This document shows, in pieces, positions 60,164 to 64,000 of a stretch of DNA of 64,000 bases. Position 1 is the stretch's first letter; the number at the start of each line of letters is the position of its first letter. Under the pieces are notes generated by a model, which searched no databases, was not told the DNA's origin, and worked only from the letters and a program-made list of their open reading frames with translations. The DNA comes from Catajapyx aquilonaris (taxonomy: Eukaryota), in contig KZ538034.1 in NCBI GenBank assembly GCA_000934665.2, positions 1 to 64,000 on the forward strand, read 5' to 3'. The translations under genes and the position numbers were made by a program.

Positions 60164-62876
60164 TTAATAGACCATTACTTCACAGAGCACTGCATTGTAT
60201 ATGGGCTTCCACCTATTGGGCACTCCATTGGCCTTAATGTACACATATCTGCCTCTAAGCGATTCTTGGCACTCAAAATGCAGCCGTGGCCTGAACAGAG
60301 CATTGTTCAGGCGTGACACTGAATCGCACTTGCTCTCATTCTGCAGCTGCATTGCTTCAAGACGTGGCTTCTGTGCCACATACACTGTCAGCTTGTCCAA
60401 GTTCAAAACGTAGTCACGATACGATGTCCTCTTGTCTGCAATGGAAGTCAAACCTACTTTCATATTGCATGCTTACAAGCATAAGCATATAAGTTAGGTA
60501 GTGATTGTACCTATTCAAACACATCAAAATTTTGACTGACAACTTGTGTATACACTGTCAGTGGAATTTTGTACAGGCAGGTGCTCAGAATTTAAAAAAA
60601 TAACTATTGATACCTAGAGTTAATCGTTAATGCAATGGGTTTTAATGGGTACATAACACTTCTTAGAATGTAATAAAATAATTTGCAATTGGCGTCTGGT
60701 GAAATTAACAATTGACAGGTTTTCTTTGCAATGCATCCACCTTGTTGAAATATTTTGAAATGCAATTTTTCCATACGAAAAGTTATAATAAATATTCTAC
60801 GTATTGTGAAGATGCTAAGGCATTTGTGGACAGCCCATTTTTTTTCCAAAGTATAAAAAATATGAATTATGTAGACATTACATTGCAATAATTGTCAAAT
60901 CATGATAGGAATATTACACAACATGCACTTCCTCACTTGTTAGTATTTCTGATCTCTGACCTTACATCTTCCAAAATAGTGAAATAGCTGTATCATATCC
61001 ATTTTCTTTCATTGCAATGTGACCTAGTAATACCTTGCCCTTCTCCTTGCCAGGTAAGGAGAATGACCCCATCAACTTGATGCCTGCGTCCCAGGTCCAC
61101 CATCCAAATGGGGTAGTCGACGTAGTAATTGTCCAAGTAAGCACAGTGAGGAAGTGCCGCCGAGTGGAGCCCATCCACTGCCAGTGACGAATGTCCATAC
61201 TGCCATTGCTTCCATGAGTGACGCTTGTCGTTCACCCATGTTTCATGCTGATATGCCAGGTTCTCCACTGAAAATAAGCTACTGTCAGTTGCATACTTTT
61301 ACAAGCATTCAAACATTGGCAGGTACTTGAACTCATGACAATAATATTTATTACAGCACTAGCAGGTTACCCGGCGTTGCCCGGGTATGTTGGGGTACTG
61401 GTAAAGATAGGGGTACTGTACATATATATTAGGAAGTTTGTTTGTTTGTAAAGTGTGCATACCATACACTCGAAACTCGATATGCTTTACACGGCCTTAT
61501 AAGTTGCAATAAGCCAAAGTTTGTCAATATCTGTGATGGATTACCTGCTTCGGTTATAGCGTATACTCGACGCAGATATACTGATTGGATGTGTAAAAAC
61601 ACTAAAAAGAGGAATGTGAATCCACACACCCACAAACAAACTTATTTATATAGATAAAGATGACTCTATTTTTTAGTCCATCATGGATTAAGTTGAAGTA
61701 GACACACACCGCAGTTTGAGAGCTCGTTAACTCGAAGGAATCCTGGTCCGCAGTCTCCCTTGTTGGGGCAACCCAGCACCCCAGCCCTCAAGGCAATGTT
61801 GTGGAACCAAGTGATTGGGTGGATACGGATATACCTGGCTACAAATGGTTGGTTCAGGTAATGCCTCCTTTCTGTATTCTTATCCATGTTGCCTCCAAAA
61901 ACCTTTGGGAAGGAATTCATACATTGTAGTAATTGTATTGTAATTGTAATTGTAGTCACCTCTTCCAGAAAATGTTTCAGCCAAACGTATCCTGACATTA
62001 GGCAACCATCAGCACTCTGTATAGGGAATAGTGCTGATGATCGATACATTTGGATAATTTCAACATTCTCTCTCACTAATTTGCCTATCGCCTTCTGTGT
62101 GAATCCTTTAGTTGGATTTACAGTACCTTAGGATCAAGATGGTTTCCATCTTTGTAGAAGTACCAGATCAATGTGTCGTTGCTGTAGGAGACAGTGTAGG
62201 AGGTCACCCACTGACGTCGACCAGAATCTCCCCTGCCTTTGGTCATAAGACCAGTGACCAGAACTGGAGGGCCCAAGTCAAACTGGAGCCACTGATGCCC
62301 TGTTTTGTAAACATCCACATTAATACAATCGACAGAAAATTATTGGCTACTATTATTGTCACTCATGATTGTTAAAAACATAAATCCAAATCAGATAACA
62401 TTCGCAATAATACAGTCGTCGGTATAAGTGGATCCCGTGTAATTTCTGGTGCGCCCTACTTGGCTCTGGAGAGCTTCATAGAGAGCGGTATTATGCCTCC
62501 CAAATCACTGCTCCCTCGCCACCATTTAATCCCAGCCTAATCCCCGTCCAAAGACTTGGCCCGCCTAAAGATATTCCCTTTGCACTAAGTCAACACCCCA
62601 ACTTAATCAAAAGTAAACCCGTCAGTTTGTCGCTCTTGCATTCTACATGAGCACCCCTCAGTCCCAATCCTTAAACGCATTTACTGCAAAATTCACGCGT
62701 ATTATTATTGTGTACTCAACGAATAATATGCTTACCATTGACGTGTCTTGCACACCATGCTCGGTGCGAATAAATGTAAGCATCTTCAGGCTGGCAGGAA
62801 TTTCGACGAACCCATGCTGGATGACTACTTGCGCTAATCTTGGCATTTGGAGGGATGCTCAGCAGCTCATTACACT
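60164..62876 (-). CDS. Discoidin (F5/8 type C) + F-type lectin-like domain protein, 5'-incomplete; exons 62876-62736, 62299-62127, 61902-61710, 61267-61034, 60435-60164
   Basis: F5/8C: CNELL...ISASS...AWCA...QWLQFDLG...TKGRGD...WVTSYTVSYS...PFVARYIRIHP...GVLGC. Then an FTP-like domain: ENLAY...SLAVDG...CA...WMVDLG...RGRYVYI...LCEVMVY*. Start codon not located. Confidence 0.85.
61359..61660 (-). mobile_element. Non-autonomous Helitron in an intron of the lectin gene
   Basis: Minus strand: A|TCtttatctatataaata ... hairpin acccgggcaacgccgggt ... CTAG|T. This gives canonical TC/CTAG ends, a subterminal hairpin and an AT target. Confidence 0.8.
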
Positions 62877-64000
62877 CTGAAATCATGGGTACAAAAAAAA
62901 AGAAAAAGTAGTCCGGGATCGTCCATCATACGTACGTGACATTTTCACAAACATGAGAGATCAAATGTTGACATTCATTTCCTGTGCAAGCTATGCACGA
63001 ACTCCTCTTTTCCTCTCTTGAAAAAAAAAGTCAAGGGGTTATTTGTTTGTGTCAAAATTCTTTTAGATTGATGGTGGTATAGCCTTTGGTGCTAAGAGCT
63101 CAAAAATATATATCTTAAGGTAGAATTTATTAAGAAACATTGACTCATTTTAAAATAGTCTGGTGTCATTTGAACGCATATTTAACCAACGTTTCATGGA
63201 ACTTGTTTATCACCATTAACGTTAATCCATAAACTGTCATTAGGTTCTGGAGTAGACCACCTCCTGTAAGGTATAAAACTTTGAATTATACTCATCCCCG
63301 TCCCGAAAGTCCCTTATGCAACTTTTACAATGAATAATTTTTTTCATCGTATGCATATACATATCCCCTGGACCAAACTGTTAGGTTGGAACAGGTGCAG
63401 ATAATAGACGTAGCATGTGTTCACGATCGAAACCTGCTACGTTAAATCCCAGTTTATGGGATGCAAATGCTCGTAAAGAGCGATAAAATGTGGTCCGAGA
63501 CATTTCAAATATCAACAACTAGTCCTTNTCACCCCCTCCCTTCCCCCCCCCCCCCCCCCCAAAAAAAAGAGAAAAAAGCTGGAACCAAATTTACACACTT
63601 ACACATAAAAAGGTGTGTGTTAATATGCATTAGGTAGGCTTACATTTATGGGGCAACAACCCCCAACATTTAAATTTACATGCTACATTTTTTTTCTCTC
63701 CATGTAATAAAGAATGTGGGTCGATTATTTAGTATGTTTAATTATAAAACTCGGCAACCAAGAAGGACAAGAAACGAGTCAGGAAGATGAATCTCCCTGA
63801 TATTATCCTTTTACCCCCAAGTCGATAATCGACAAGTGATGCAGCGTAATAGATTGATGATATTGAGGTAGAAGGCGGGTGGTCCCATTAATACTTGATC
63901 CTATCCATCCCTTTTTTCTCGCCTTTACAAGCCAGGCCCGAATGTTAAACACAATATTGTATACCACACACACAAAAAAACAAGCTAATTGTGTTGGTAA

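Noticed and set aside
1..64000. CRISPR arrays, rRNA, intact tRNA, prokaryotic operons or defence systems
   Set aside because: None seen; the window is intron-containing eukaryotic DNA and the palindromes are isolated MITE-like units, not repeat-spacer arrays.

Overview
Eukaryotic genomic DNA, most likely arthropod, with many ~50-60-nt GT-AG introns; the organism is not identifiable from this window. The right 40 kb is a compact cluster of spliced genes: NDUFA5 (+), NDUFB6 (+), SGF29 (-), RBM17/SPF45 (+), FAM151-like (-), RRN3 (+), a head-to-head pair of F-box/LRR paralogs, importin-13 (+), and a 5'-incomplete discoidin (F5/8C) plus F-type lectin gene (-). The left 24 kb looks empty in the ORF track. 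However, its GC-richer islands splice in a consistent phase into a ~229-aa secreted, neuropeptide-precursor-like protein ending RR-TNSYDPSWLWTGL-G-R-stop, predicting an amidated 13-mer. IPO13 intron 2 holds a 1.8-kb P-superfamily-like element nested in a MITE. It encodes an apparently intact spliced THAP + coiled-coil protein with no catalytic domain. Many palindromic MITEs and a short Helitron are also present. All exon models and family calls were made by eye from splice signals, frame and motif recognition; no database searches were run.
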